A DNA stretch of 44,639 nt from Chiloscyllium plagiosum. Lineage: Eukaryota. Location of the stretch: positions 79,950,944-79,995,582 of the forward strand of contig NC_057718.1 in assembly GCF_004010195.1 (NCBI RefSeq). The letters are read 5' to 3'. The position numbers and the translations under genes are program-made. The notes beneath the pieces were generated by a model. The model did no database searches, was not told the origin of the DNA, and saw nothing but the letters and a program-made list of their open reading frames with translations. Below, one piece after another: positions 12,785 to 24,135 of this stretch (its first letter is position 1; the number at the start of each line of letters is the position of its first letter).

Positions 12785-14095
12785 TGTTTTTATTTATTCA
12801 TTTGTGAGATGTGGGTGTTTGATGTTGGCCAGCATTTATTGCCCATCCCAGCTACCCTTGAGAAGGTGGTGGTGAGCTGCCTTCTTGAACTGTGCAGTCC
12901 ACTTGCTGTGAGTAGACCCACAATGCCATTAGGGAGGGAATTCCAGGATTTTGACCCAGCAACAGAGAAGGAATGGTGATCTATTTCAAATTCAGGATGG
13001 TGAGTGGCTTGGAGGGGAACCTGAAGGTAATGGCTGTCTCATATATCAGTTGTCCTTGTCCTTCTAGATGGCTGTGGTCATGAGTTTGGAAGGTGCTGTC
13101 TGAGGATCTTTGAAAACCTCTCCTGTGCATCTTGTCAATAGTACACAGTGCTACTACTGAGCATTGGTGGTGGAGGGAGTGGATCGTTGGGGATGTAGTG
13201 CCAATATTTGATGGTGAAAGTGAGGACTGCAGATGCTGGAGATCAGAGCTGAAAATGTGTTGCTGGAAAAGCGCAGCAGGTCAGGCAGCATCCAAGGAGC
13301 AGGAGAATCGACATTTCGGGCATGAGCCCTTCTGCAGGAATTCCTGAAGAAGGGCTCATGCCCGAAATGTCGATTCTCCTGCTCCTTGGATGCTGCCTGA
13401 CCTGCTGCACTTTTCCAGCAACACATTTTCAGCAATATTTGATGGTGTCAAGCTTCTTGAATGTTTTTGGGGTTGCACTCATCCAGGTGATTGGGGACTA
13501 TTCTATCACACTCCTGAGTTGTGCCATGTAAATGGAGAATAGGCTTTGGGGAGTCAGAAGGTAAGTTAGTCGCATCTTAGCATCTGTTCTGCTCTTGTAG
13601 CCACTGTGTTTATTTGGTGAGTCCAGTTGTGTTTCTGATCAATGATAACTCCAAGGATATTGATAATGGGGGCTTCAATGATGGGAACACCATTGAATAT
13701 CAAGGATCAGTGGTTAGATTGTCTCTTATTGGTGATGGTCATAGCCTGGCATTTGTATGGCATGGATATTACTTGCCACTTGTCAGGCCAAGCTTGGATA
13801 GTGTCCAGATCTTGTTGCATTTGAACGTAGACTGTTTCGGTATTTGAGGAGTCACAAATGGCACGGAATATTGTGCAATCAATGGCGAACATCCCCACTT
13901 CTGACTTTATGATGGAGAGAAGATCATTGATGGAGCAGCTGAAGACGGTTGTGCCTTGGTCACTACCTCCTGCAGAGATATCTTGGAGCTACGATAACTG
14001 ATCTCCAACAATCACGTTCATCTTCCTATGTGTCAGTTATATAGGAAGAGGCAACCACCAGAGAGTTTGCCTCTGATACCCACTGATTCCACTGG
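12785..14095 (-). mobile_element. CR1-clade LINE 3' part (family whose tail is shared with the SINE), interrupted by a palindromic PLE piece
   Basis: ORF 13707-13898 GMFAIDCT..MQQDLDTIQAWPDKWQV...KCQAMTI; 3' tail ggatgggcaataaatgctggcc on minus strand. Confidence 0.85.
13217..13432. mobile_element. Palindromic PLE-terminal mini-insertion with 15-bp TSD and back-to-back hammerhead cores
   Basis: TSD caatatttgatggtg at 13202-13216 and 13433-13447. 93-bp arms (13248-13340 / 13341-13433), no spacer, 2 mismatches, centred on GAATTC. CTGAAGA-A-GGGC-TCAT-GCCC-GAAA-TGTC at 13344-13371. Confidence 0.92.
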
Positions 14096-14249
14096 ATTGA
14101 AGTGAATGGCATCATGCTAAAACAAGTAAACTGATGTAAATGATAGCAGAAAATGTCATATGTGATGCAGCACATTGGAAATCAAGCCCTGCTATTTCTG
14201 GTGTCATCAGAAAAGTTGAAGATTTTGTATGCAAAATTCCACAATTTAC

Positions 14250-14316
14250 CTGTCTTTTAGATGCAGATTAATAGAAAGCTGCTCCTTGATTTTCCTGCTC
14301 CAGGTACTTTCATGTA
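14250..14316 (-). CDS. Candidate internal coding exon (67 nt): HESTWSRKIKEQLSINLHLKD
   Basis: Acceptor tgtgttttctgcaag, donor CAG/gtaaat; open in phase 1 to 2, compatible with 19777-19947. Confidence 0.5.
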
Positions 14317-16288
14317 CTTGCAGAAAACACAGGGCAACTGGTTCATATTTATAATGTCTCTGATGTATTAAGAAATAAACTGGCTTTCTTCAGGCTTGAG
14401 GCATTGTTTTTACTGGAGAGAGAAGGACAGGTCTGTTGGACCTAACCAATCACACCCAAAAGGTTCTCAGCTAGCTGGAAGTCAATCACATAGTTGTTGG
14501 CAAGCGGAAGATCTTTGTCATCAAGAAATGGTCACCAGTCCCCAGACCAATGAGCTGGCCAAATCTCCATTAATACCTACCCCTTGGCTCTAGTTCATCT
14601 GCACCTCGACATTATGCACCCCACCCCCAAATCCCCAAAAGCAGTGTTAACAGTACTTACAATGAATATAATGTAAATTGCTTTTAAATAGTGCAGCAAT
14701 CCTTTCCACAGTCTATAGTTTTTAAAGCAGTCCTTTTCCCATTTCAGATAACATTCAAAAATATTGAAAAATACAATGAAACTGTCTTTACAGGAGAAGG
14801 ATACAGATAGCCTAAATTAATTTTGAGAAAATATCGGCTGTGTTAACAACATGGAAACTCAAGTGTATAATTAAAAACTCCTCATGCCACATTATACCCA
14901 CTTTTCTGTGTGTCTCAGAAACCTGTAAGCTTTAATAAGTAAAGATTAAAGGAGGAATATTGAGGCCTTTGAAATACGGATACCAAGATGCATGCTAAAA
15001 ATTCTGTATGCACACCACATGCAAATGGAATTTTAGCAGTAGAAAAGCCACAGAGGTCTGTTCCAGAAGAGAAAGTGAATTAAACCTAGGCACAGTTAAT
15101 GGATGTCATAGAGCAGTTGCAGATGAGCAACAGTGGATGTGTGAAGATAGTGCAAGACAGAAGAGCATAGCATCACATGACAGGAGATGCTGTAGCTGGA
15201 ACAGCTACAAACGGCAGCAGCAACAGTCTGGCAGAATGACAGAACTATTACAGGCTGGAATCTGAATCTCTGAATAGTATAACTGGTACTTGCTCATTAC
15301 TAAATCAAACCAATTGTCATCCTTGTTTCATGCTCCTTAGGGAAAGATAGGATTTATAATTAAGTGCTATGCTGGCAGTAAGGAAAACTTGCTGGCCCTC
15401 AAATTTTTCAGGCTGCAGGAATGGCAAGTAGTCACAGGAAGGCTGCACCTCCCCATCACAACCTCTCACACTTTTACCTAGGGGTCCTACTGCAAGATCT
15501 GAGGAGATGACAGTGAGTGAGCTCTACAAAGGACAAAAGAGAACAAACTCTTCAATCTAGCATGTCCAAATGGAAGAGTTCAAGGAATTCAATTATCTAA
15601 GTGTGCTCCCTTCAACCTGGAAATAATGCACTGAAGGGGTTCGGGGCCTCAGAATGATGAAATACTTGAGGGCTGTAACACTTAAGATGCCAAGCCTCAC
15701 ATTCTGACTTCATAACATCCTCCTGGATAACATGCGTCATCTTGCATCTACACTGAGCCCTATATTTGTAAGCACATCTAATACCAATTGAGCCTCCAAC
15801 ATTCACACTCAAACCCCCTCATCCCATTTCCCTCGTGAATGCATGTCTCATGGTAAGTCTTCACAGATCGAGTGTTTCCCTTCACCTCACATAGGTCATT
15901 ACAAACACTCTGACTCCTCTGCTCTTCCTAACTGCAAAAGAGAATACATAACTTAGCAAGAACTGGAAAGCTGGAAAAGAGGGTGCAATTACTCTGCGGT
16001 GACAGATATTTCATTGGTTAATACCAATGTACATCCACCTGTTTGACTCATTTCAGGAGACTGCAAATGCCAGCAATAACCAGCTGAGAGAGTTACTGGA
16101 ACTCACATGTCAGGAAGCCTAATTTTCTACCTGTAGACTTTTATGAGGATTCTTGGTTCCTTTTAGCTGGATCTTACATTCAGCTTCTTTACCCTGTGGA
16201 TGGGCATGCAGCTGAGGAAAAGAAAGCTGGTGCTGCTGTTTGTGTTATTCCTGATGCTTCTGTAGTTGTTGGCAGTGGTGTGACTTAA

Positions 16289-17020
16289 TTCTCTTCTCGA
16301 CTCACAGTCTCGGTGAAGAGGGGAACTGCATAATCAGCTCCCATGCTGTGGTGAAGGTTAGCAGAAGGGAAGTATAGCTAGAGGTGAGCAAAGAGATAGA
16401 CAAGTGAAGTATCTTACAAGAACTTGGCAATCATTCATCAGCTGTACTGGACCAGCTTTGTCATGAGATAAGTAACATGTCATTTCAAAAAGTATAAAAT
16501 GGCCTGTTCATTGAAAACAATCAGCCATGCATAATGATTGAATTTTAAAAGGGCTATTGATCCTTACCATGGTGAGAAGATCCTTGATTAAGAAGCTGAA
16601 AATTGTGAGCGATTCAAAAAGCCGTTGCAGTTGTTTGGAGGCTAATTATGAGTTGTTTTAGTCCTGAACCCTGGATTTCCCAGCCATGCAACCTGTTTTG
16701 TGACCTACCATTCTCTCACTTGGATCAGCAAGGGAAAGACATACAAGGATGAGTGAGTTTAGTGAAGCTGACAATCTGTGAAGGCTACAGTGGCTACACT
16801 GAAGAGCTACAGCCAGGGCCATTGTGAGACTGCTTTTCAAAACATGCCATCTCAGTACGTTTTCCAATTGATGAATGATTGCCGAGTTCTTGTAAGATAC
16901 TTCACTTGTCTATCTCTTTGCTCACCTCTAGCTATACTTCCCTTCTGCTAACCTTCACCACAGCATGGGAGCTGATTATGCAGTTCCCCTCTTCACCGAG
17001 ACTGTGAGTCGAGAAGAGAA
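16289..17020. repeat. 152-bp near-perfect inverted repeat with 428-bp spacer
   Basis: 16289-16440 is the reverse complement of 16869-17020 with one mismatch (at a CpG) and no indels. Confidence 0.95.
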
Positions 17021-17410
17021 ACAGTTTTCTAATCCATTTACAATTCCTCAGATATTGCCAAAAGAAGCAAGACCTGGACAATATTCACAACCCAGGCTGA
17101 TAAATGTCAGATATCATTTGTGTCACATTCGTGCCATAAATGACCACAAGAGGGTGTCTAACTAGCTCCCCTGACATTACTATTGTTAACTTCAATAGCA
17201 TCAACATCCAAGATATTACAATTGACCAGAAACTTGAATTGGGCAAAGCACTAATTGCTAAAAGAGTAAGAATTAGTACTCTGTTGTGAGTAATTCACCT
17301 CCTGACTCCTGAAAGGCTAGTTGCCATACACAAGGCACACATGAGGAGTATTATGGAATATTCTCCACTTGCCTGGATGAGTGCAGCTTCAACAACACTC
17401 AAGCATCACA
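17021..17410 (+). mobile_element. Old CR1-clade LINE fragment (same family as 12785-14095)
   Basis: gcaagacctggacaatat...caattgaccagaaact...atggaatattctccacttgcctggatgagtgcagc. Confidence 0.75.
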
Positions 17411-18159
17411 TCATTCCTAATACTCTGATGCAGATCAGCCTGGTGAAGATCAGTGACATCTTGTAAGGCGACAGATAAGATTTAACATCCTTCTCAAGGC
17501 AGCAGATATGTTTCTATCCAAAATCTGCAAGTCCTACACTTGTGAGCTGTGCTGGCACCTATTTAGAGGCAGCTGCTTTTACCATGACATATTCTAATAA
17601 TTCCCTATGCTTGTAATCCAGTAGCATTACATTGGACTGCTCTAACCTCTTCTCTATTTCCATACAGCAAGTCACTATCTGACTACATTTTGCTCCAATT
17701 TTCTTCTTCTCACTCATTGCCCCAGAGTTCAGCATCTGAGTCCAGCTGAGCAGAGCTTGGAGAGACTTACACCCCTACTGCAGACTCTTCACAGTTGTCC
17801 TTGACACCAGTGTCTGCTTGCATTTGTAATGTGTGAATCACCAGGTGTAACCTAACAAACTGTCCAAGTAAACCCACTGAAGTGTAAGTACGTGTGCGGG
17901 TACATAGTTGTGCGTTCTATGTTGAAAGAATAAAACCCTCTGAAATTGAATGTATATTCTGCTGCACTTGCTTTATGCATGCTGGTCGCCAAAGGCAAAA
18001 GAACGGGATTTGATTTAGTCAAGGCAAACGCACAAACTTCATGATCACCATATTCAGTCTTATCATAGCTCAGTTCCTGATGAAAGTATATCAGCACACT
18101 TGCCTCAGAAATATTTGTAACTGTCACTCACCAACTTGCTGGAAACTTCTTATCTTCCA

Positions 18160-18485
18160 CGACACATTGGTTAGCACTGCTGCCTCACAGCGCCCAGGGA
18201 CCTGGGTTCGGTTCCAGCCTTAGACGACTGCCTGCTTGCATACTCTCCCTGTGTCTGTGTAGGTTTCCTCCGGGTGCTCCAATTTCCTCCCACAATCCAA
18301 AGATGTGCAAGTTAGGTGAACTGGCCATACTAAATTGCCCATAATATTCAGGGATGTGTAAGCTAGGTGCATTAGTCAGGGGTAAATATAGGGTAGGGGA
18401 ATGGGTCTGTGTGGGTTGCTCTGCAGAGGGTTGGTGTGACTTGTTGGGCCGAAGGCCCTGTTTCAACACTGTAGGGTTTCTAATT
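18160..18485 (+). mobile_element. HE1/V-SINE-like tRNA-derived SINE
   Basis: ggttagcactgctgcctcacagcgcc..gggttcg; central gtttcctccgggtgctcc..ccaaagatgtgc; CR1-like tail gggccgaaggccctgtttc. Confidence 0.85.
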
Positions 18486-18869
18486 CATGCTTCACTTATT
18501 ATCATGGCATCTCCCCTTTTCGTCTGTTATCTACTGATACCCATTTCTGAACCTCTCCCCTTCCCTTACATTTAGCATACTCTTCTCCCAGAGTGGATGG
18601 ATAAACTGATTAGAGGGTGAGGATCACAGTCACCCGATGGAGGCTGTGCTTTTGATGAGGGTGCCTATGAAACACATGCACAGTATTGCATTAGGACTGG
18701 AGTGAGTGTTAAATGTTCATTGATAAATGAGGCCTTGATGAAACAGACCATAAATGAAGGTTGAGTGGTGCTCTAAGTTGAGTGGGTCTGAGGAGTGATA
18801 TGATTGGTTATACTTTGCAATTGTGGAAAGGGCAGGGAATTTGAACAATAAGTTGAAGGAAAATCAATA

Positions 18870-19110
18870 AATATATTTGCTTTTTCTGATTTAGTGAGTA
18901 AACTGGTTCCTACATTGCTCCAATGACTTGGAAACAAAGCACTTATTGCTCACACCTTTGGGCATCTGCAACTGCGCCTTCTTAATGAGGCAGTAGTTTT
19001 TTTATTCCCTCCCAAAGCCAGGAAAAGGTATTTTCCTCTTACTCCTAGCTGCATCTAAAGTAATTCCAGTAAGACATCATACAATGTGATTTGTGGTCTT
19101 ATTCTATGGT
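18870..19110 (-). pseudogene. Degenerate Myb/SANT-like ORF of Harbinger type
   Basis: Frameshifted minus-strand reading LELL/DAARSKRKI.FP...KKAQLQM.KGVSNK...KSLEQCRNQF resembles the Harbinger Myb/SANT protein. Confidence 0.5.
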
Positions 19111-19516
19111 TCTCACCAATCCTGAACTTCAGCTTGCATTTATGCATTATCTCATAAAATAAAGCAGAAATTGTATCATGTGGATGTGCATCCTGCCTGC
19201 CTCGCAGCTTGCAGGTGCAAAACCTGAAAGTCAATATTAATCTGTATATCTTTGTGGACAATGATTATTCCATTGAGTTAACTGACTTCTAGGTTCCTCC
19301 CCATGCAATTTCATTCTGCACCCCCCACCTCAGCCCCCCTGCCCATCCTCCGGAAACCAGATTACTAGTGGGACTATAACCTAGGCTGACATTTCAGTGC
19401 AAAAACAAAAGAAACACCACTTATCATGACATTATTCAGAGTACAGCAGAGTACTGAACCCCTGGCAGTCCCTAAGGTTGTGGTTGATAGTTTATTGAGA
19501 GGCTCAGGAGCTTGGG

Positions 19517-19724
19517 CCTGGGGAGTTACCTCTCACTAGTCTAGGCTTCCACAGTAGCAGGCAGATTAACTCTCCTTAATGATTTCTGTATGGGATCAAG
19601 GGTGATTAGTGATTCAATCAGAGGGTCCATCTTTCCTACTGCTTAAGGGGCTTGTAGAGAAATGATTAACATGCCAGCTATTTCTGGCATGGAAAGCTAG
19701 CCTAGCGAGAGGTAACTCCCCTGG
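19517..19724. repeat. Degenerate inverted repeat, MITE-like
   Basis: 19520-19551 ggggagttacctctcactagtctaggcttcca versus the reverse complement of 19690-19721: 28/32 identical. Confidence 0.6.
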
Positions 19725-19776
19725 TGTAAGCTCTGAATCAGAATGGCGAACCAGGAAAAGATGTGAGCCCACTAAC

Positions 19777-19947
19777 TGGCTTTGTATGGTGCATTTTTAT
19801 TATTTATCTTATTTTCAAGGAAGTTTCTGAATTTAATTGAATCATTCATGAAGTGGGATTTGATAATATCTATTTCTCTGGGCTGTCTTTGAAATAAAGC
19901 ACTTAATTTGAATCTTGTCTTTTTAATGCAAAATTCTAAGTCTGTCA
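19777..19947 (-). CDS. Candidate internal coding exon (171 nt): TDLEFCIKKTRFKLSALFQRQPREIDIIKSHFMNDSIKFRNFLENKINNKNAPYKA
   Basis: Acceptor catttctacaatttag, donor CCA/gttagt; phase 1 to 1; 56 open codons in very AT-rich DNA (ORF 19772-19987), with the stop falling just inside the intron. Confidence 0.55.
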
Positions 19948-20399
19948 CTAAATTGTAGAAATGCATATTTGAGGATATATGAAACAATATTCAGTCAGGT
20001 CACAAAGAGGGTTCCTATTGTTACCTCCCTTGAGAATAGAGGGATGGGCTGGAGGGAGCGAAACCTAAATAACAAATGGACTTGGGTCAAGTCGAAGTAA
20101 AAGGTTGGTGAAATCTGTGTCCTGATGCAAATGCATGGCCATTTTGGACTTTAACTGAGGCTGGAATGTGTCATTCAGATTTTCAATTTAAAGTATTGAC
20201 TGGAAACTCAACAGCTCCATTGAGGGGAGGAACTTGACTGATTCAGGAGATTATTGCCTTTATACCTACCTCCAGGATTCAGATGTCTGCCTGAGAAAGC
20301 ATTAAAATTAACCTCTCCCTCATTACAGCTGAAGCCTTCCTAAGCTCTTCAATTTCACTGTGAGGTCTGTAACTTCAACTCCCTTCTCGAAGGCCACCC

Positions 20400-20830
20400 T
20401 CCATGACACCATTAACCTCACCCACAAAACCTCCATTACCCTCTCCTGCACTCTGAACCCCTCGAAGCATTTGATCTGCCTTCCACTGACCTTTTCCCAT
20501 CATTGGCAGGCTATTTAATCAGCCTCCTCTATGGACCTCCCTTCTTCCCAATAATCAGTCAACCACATTCTTCCCCTCAGATGACCTCCTCCACTCGACT
20601 GATCACTTTTCTCATCAAACTCCTCCTTTCCACTGATTGAATCCTTACTCTCTCTGATTGGTTCCCCTCTTTTCTCCAATCCATCCTCTTACCTTCAAGT
20701 GAGCTTCCCATTCTTCCAATTCATCCCACTGCCTTCCCCAATTGACCTCCTCCTCCAAACCAACCCCCCAACCTTCTAGATCAATCTTCAACCAGGCATC
20801 ATCCTCTGATAGATAACTCTGTTCCCTCCA
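20400..20830 (+). repeat. Pyrimidine-rich low-complexity tract with degenerate short repeats
   Basis: C/T-rich, with recurring ccact(c)gac / ccaattgacc-like words. Confidence 0.5.
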
Positions 20831-22419
20831 TCTACTTTTTGATCAATGCACAATCCATTCCTTGCTTAGATTTACATGTTCCTGTGGCCTCTCTTACTGT
20901 ATACCCATCAAACTGGGCACCAATTATGTCAGTCAAGCTGACCTCAAGGGTGGAGGGAAATAATTAATGATATCACACATGTCCCAAAGGAATTGGAATT
21001 CTGTGTTCCCTGCAACTTCCTGATGGATTTGCTCCTTTGGTGGTGGGATGGGGAAGAGTGCCTTCTTCAAGGCAGGACCTGAGAAATCAGGATACTGTCA
21101 TGTTGATTCCACTTGTAGTTTGCAATTACTTATGAAAAAAAAAATTTTAATTCACTTAATGCTAATTATATATTGACAGCCCCAAGGCATGATCAATAAG
21201 ATGCATTACTAAGAATATCATTAAGAAAAGACCATTGCATTTCACTTATTTGCTCTTTTAAATGTCCGATCTAATAAAAAAACGGAGGCAAGATAGGATT
21301 ATGTCAGGTAATTATTCAACAGCAAACAACCAGCTTTTTTCCACTCCTGCTACCACTGTGGCATCACCTTTATTGCTTCTGCCTAAGTAATACAAATTAC
21401 ACTTGACTTTGCAGAGTGTCTGAGCAAGCTATGTGTATCAGTGATGATAATACTCATGACAGATGAAGCACACATTACATTATTAGAAGTACATAAGGTT
21501 AAACTGTTCTTCTAGCATTTCTTTGTTTCACTGAGACAGAGGGAAGCCTTTGGTGTTTATTTGAAAACTTGGCTGAGATGTGCAAAGTGATAGTTTCTCT
21601 TATAAGTGAGTACATGAAAAAAAAAATCACTGATGGTTGTGATAATGTTGTAAAAGAAAAATTAATATTTCTCGACTATCTCGGCTCTGCCAAGACACCC
21701 ACACACAGTAGCTGCTTCTAATCTCACAGCACCATTCGCTGTTTCACAGCCATTTTTAAGATTGTGATAGATCTTGATTTTGAGCAATTGTGGTGATAGC
21801 GAGATGGCAGCCCCATTTTCCATCTTTACTGTTGAAAGTCAACCAAAGTACAAATCAGAAGAGAAAAAAAATGGGCTATCAATTTACGATGGCAATGTAA
21901 AATGGGCTCTCAGTTCTTGATCGCCTGACAGCTTATTTTACATTACCACACAAAATCAAAATACAGTTCCAGGAGTAGTGGGTGCAAGCTGGTGGGAAAG
22001 AATCCTGACTTGGAATCATTTTATTGTTTCATGTTCAGTGTAAAGAAATACCAGCTTGGTAGTAAAGAACATAAACTTTGCTAAAAACAGATAGGAAGTT
22101 GAAGCTTTTTGTCAGGCACTGAACAGGATTAATGATGTAAAAACAGATTTGAGAAAAAAGACACCAATATGTACAGTATGTGTGGAGGGTGCTGATTGCT
22201 TGAATCATAATTGTCCTGAACATGCAGCAGAATGTTTCCAGAGATGAATTTTTAAAGACCCTTAACAAGATAAATTGGCACTCTTAGCAGCACAAGTGAG
22301 TATGGAGGCCTGTGCTACAGTCACTCTCGTGACTATTGATGACATCAGAAATAGAAGGATCATTTGGCCACACTATGTAACCTCACTTTTGTTCAACTGC
22401 CTGCCTCAATTCCGGCCTG

Positions 22420-22765
22420 AGTCGGGCCATGAGAATCCTACCTCAGAAGCAAAAGGTTCAGGTTAAATTATGAGGAAGGGTCACCGTTCTTGAAACATTA
22501 ACTCTGATTTCTCTGCACAGATGCTGCCAGACCTGCTGAGCTTTTCCAGCAACTTCTGTTTTTGTTTTTGACTTACAGTGTCCACAGTTCTTTTGGTTTT
22601 TATTTTGTTCAAATTCAGATACTGTTTCAGGGATGTGATCACAAACTCAATGCTAATACAATATGCACAGCACTGTTGAAGATGCTCTCTGACAGACAAG
22701 TTGTTAAATTGAAGCCCCACCTGCCCTCTCAGTTAGATTTATCAATTCCATATGGTACTACTTCA
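22420..22765 (+). mobile_element. Deu-domain-like SINE 5' part, interrupted by a PLE terminal piece at about 22470-22606
   Basis: gcactgttgaagatgc..gttaaattgaagccccacctgccctctcag resembles 26020-26100. The insert begins with a decayed hammerhead ATGAGGA-AGGGTC-ACCG-ttctt-GAAACATT. Confidence 0.6.
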
Positions 22766-23240
22766 AACATAGATAGTTTAAGTGAGTGGGCAAAGGTCCG
22801 GCAGATGGAGTACAATGTTAATAAATGTGAAGTCATCCATTTTGATTGGAATAACAGTAAAGGGACATGAACTGTAAAAAATTACAGCATGCTGCTGTGC
22901 AGAGGAACCTGGGTGTCCTTGTGCATTAATCAGGTAATTAAGAAGGCAAACGGAATTTTGACCTTCATTGTTAAAGGAATTGAGTTTAAAAGCAGGGAGG
23001 TTATGTTGCAGCTGTGCAGGGTGCTGGTGAGGCCACACCTGGAGTACTGCATGCAGTCTTAGTCTCCTTACTTGAGAAAGGATGTACAGGCACTCGAGGA
23101 GGTGCAGAGGAGGGTCACTAAGCTGATTCTGGAGTTGAGGAGGTTGGCTTATGTGGAGAGACTGAGTAGACTAGGATTATATTCATTGGAATTTAAAAGA
23201 ATAAGGGGAGATCTTACAGAAACATATAAAATTATGAAGG

Positions 23241-23517
23241 TGAAGACAGAAACGAACTAAAGAAGAATTACTTACAGAATACAATGTGCAGAATACAAGA
23301 AACCATCTTTCGTGGGCTTTCATTGCACATATCATCCAGACTATAAAAACTGCTGTACCTATTGTTCGGGGAGAGACAGCGTGGCCAAGTCCCATGGTTA
23401 GGGTCAGAATCATGCTGCCCCTCCCAAAAGATTTTGATTTAATAAATTTGATTGACTTGCTTCTAAATTTGGTAGACTTGCTCCTAAATTTAAAGTTTTA
23501 TTAATTTTACTACAACA
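23241..23517 (+). mobile_element. Solo LTR (277 bp) with 4-bp TSD
   Basis: Starts TG(AAGAC) and ends CA. AAGG at 23237-23240 and 23518-23521. TATAAAA 23342-23348, AATAAA 23441-23446. The CR1 host resumes collinearly. Confidence 0.85.
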
Positions 23518-23669
23518 AAGGAAATAGATAAGACGGAAGTAGAGAGGATGTTTCCACTGGTAGGTGAAACTAGGACAAGAGGGCATAACCTCAAAATTAG
23601 GGGCAGCAGATTTAGGACTGAATTGAGAAAGAATTTCTTCACCCAAAGGGTTGTAAACCTATGAAATTC

Positions 23670-23730
23670 AGAACTGTTTCCAAAGAACAGTCTCACATTG
23701 AACTTTTCCAGCACCACTCTAATCTTGACG
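23670..23730. other. 61-bp insertion: inverted copy of nearby DNA plus a PLE-terminal fragment, about 9-bp TSD
   Basis: atgaaattc 23661-23669 / atggaattc 23731-23739. 23667-23704 equals the reverse complement of 24099-24134 apart from a 2-nt insertion. Confidence 0.8.
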
Positions 23731-23984
23731 ATGGAATTCTCTGCCCAGTGAAGTAATTGAGGCTTCCTCAGTAAATGCTTTTACAGTTAAGATAAATAAT
23801 TTTTTTGAACAGTACAGGAATTAGGTTATGGTGAGAGGATGGGTAAGTGGAGCTGAGGCCACAAGAAGATCAGCCATGATCTTAATGAATGGCGGAGTTG
23901 GCCCGAACGGCCAGGCAGCCTACTCCTGGTCCTAATTCTTATGTTTTTATGTACAAAAAAGCAGCTAGTAGGTTTATAAAAGCA

Positions 23985-24135
23985 ACGTACTGCAGATGCT
24001 AGAGATCTGTACTGCAGATGCTAGAGATCTGAAATGAAAAGAAATGCTGGAGAATCTCAGCAGGCCCAGCAACCTCTATGTACAGGGAAACAGTTTTGAG
24101 TTCAATGTGACTGTTCTTTGGAAACAGTTCTGAAG
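23985..24135 (-). repeat. Decayed PLE terminal fragment containing a perfect 22-bp tandem duplication
   Basis: gtactgcagatgctagagatct at 23987-24008 and 24009-24030, then aaatgctggagaatctcagcagg. Confidence 0.7.

Larger units (their letters stand above)
22766..23950 (+). mobile_element. CR1 LINE 3' fragment carrying two nested insertions
   Basis: LSEWAKVRQMEYNVNKCEVIHF, LGLYSLEFKRIRGDLTETYKIMK; 3' UTR ending cctaattcttatg. Confidence 0.9.

Noticed and set aside
13132..13531. Mirror ORFs (MCCWKSAAGQAAS...), also at 3315-3540 and 32733-32924
   Set aside because: They arise from translating the palindromic non-coding PLE termini on both strands.
21885..21950. Small hairpin ggcaatgtaaaatgggct / agcttattttacattacc
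   Set aside because: Short and imperfect; probably part of an old palindromic repeat, with no support for an RNA gene.
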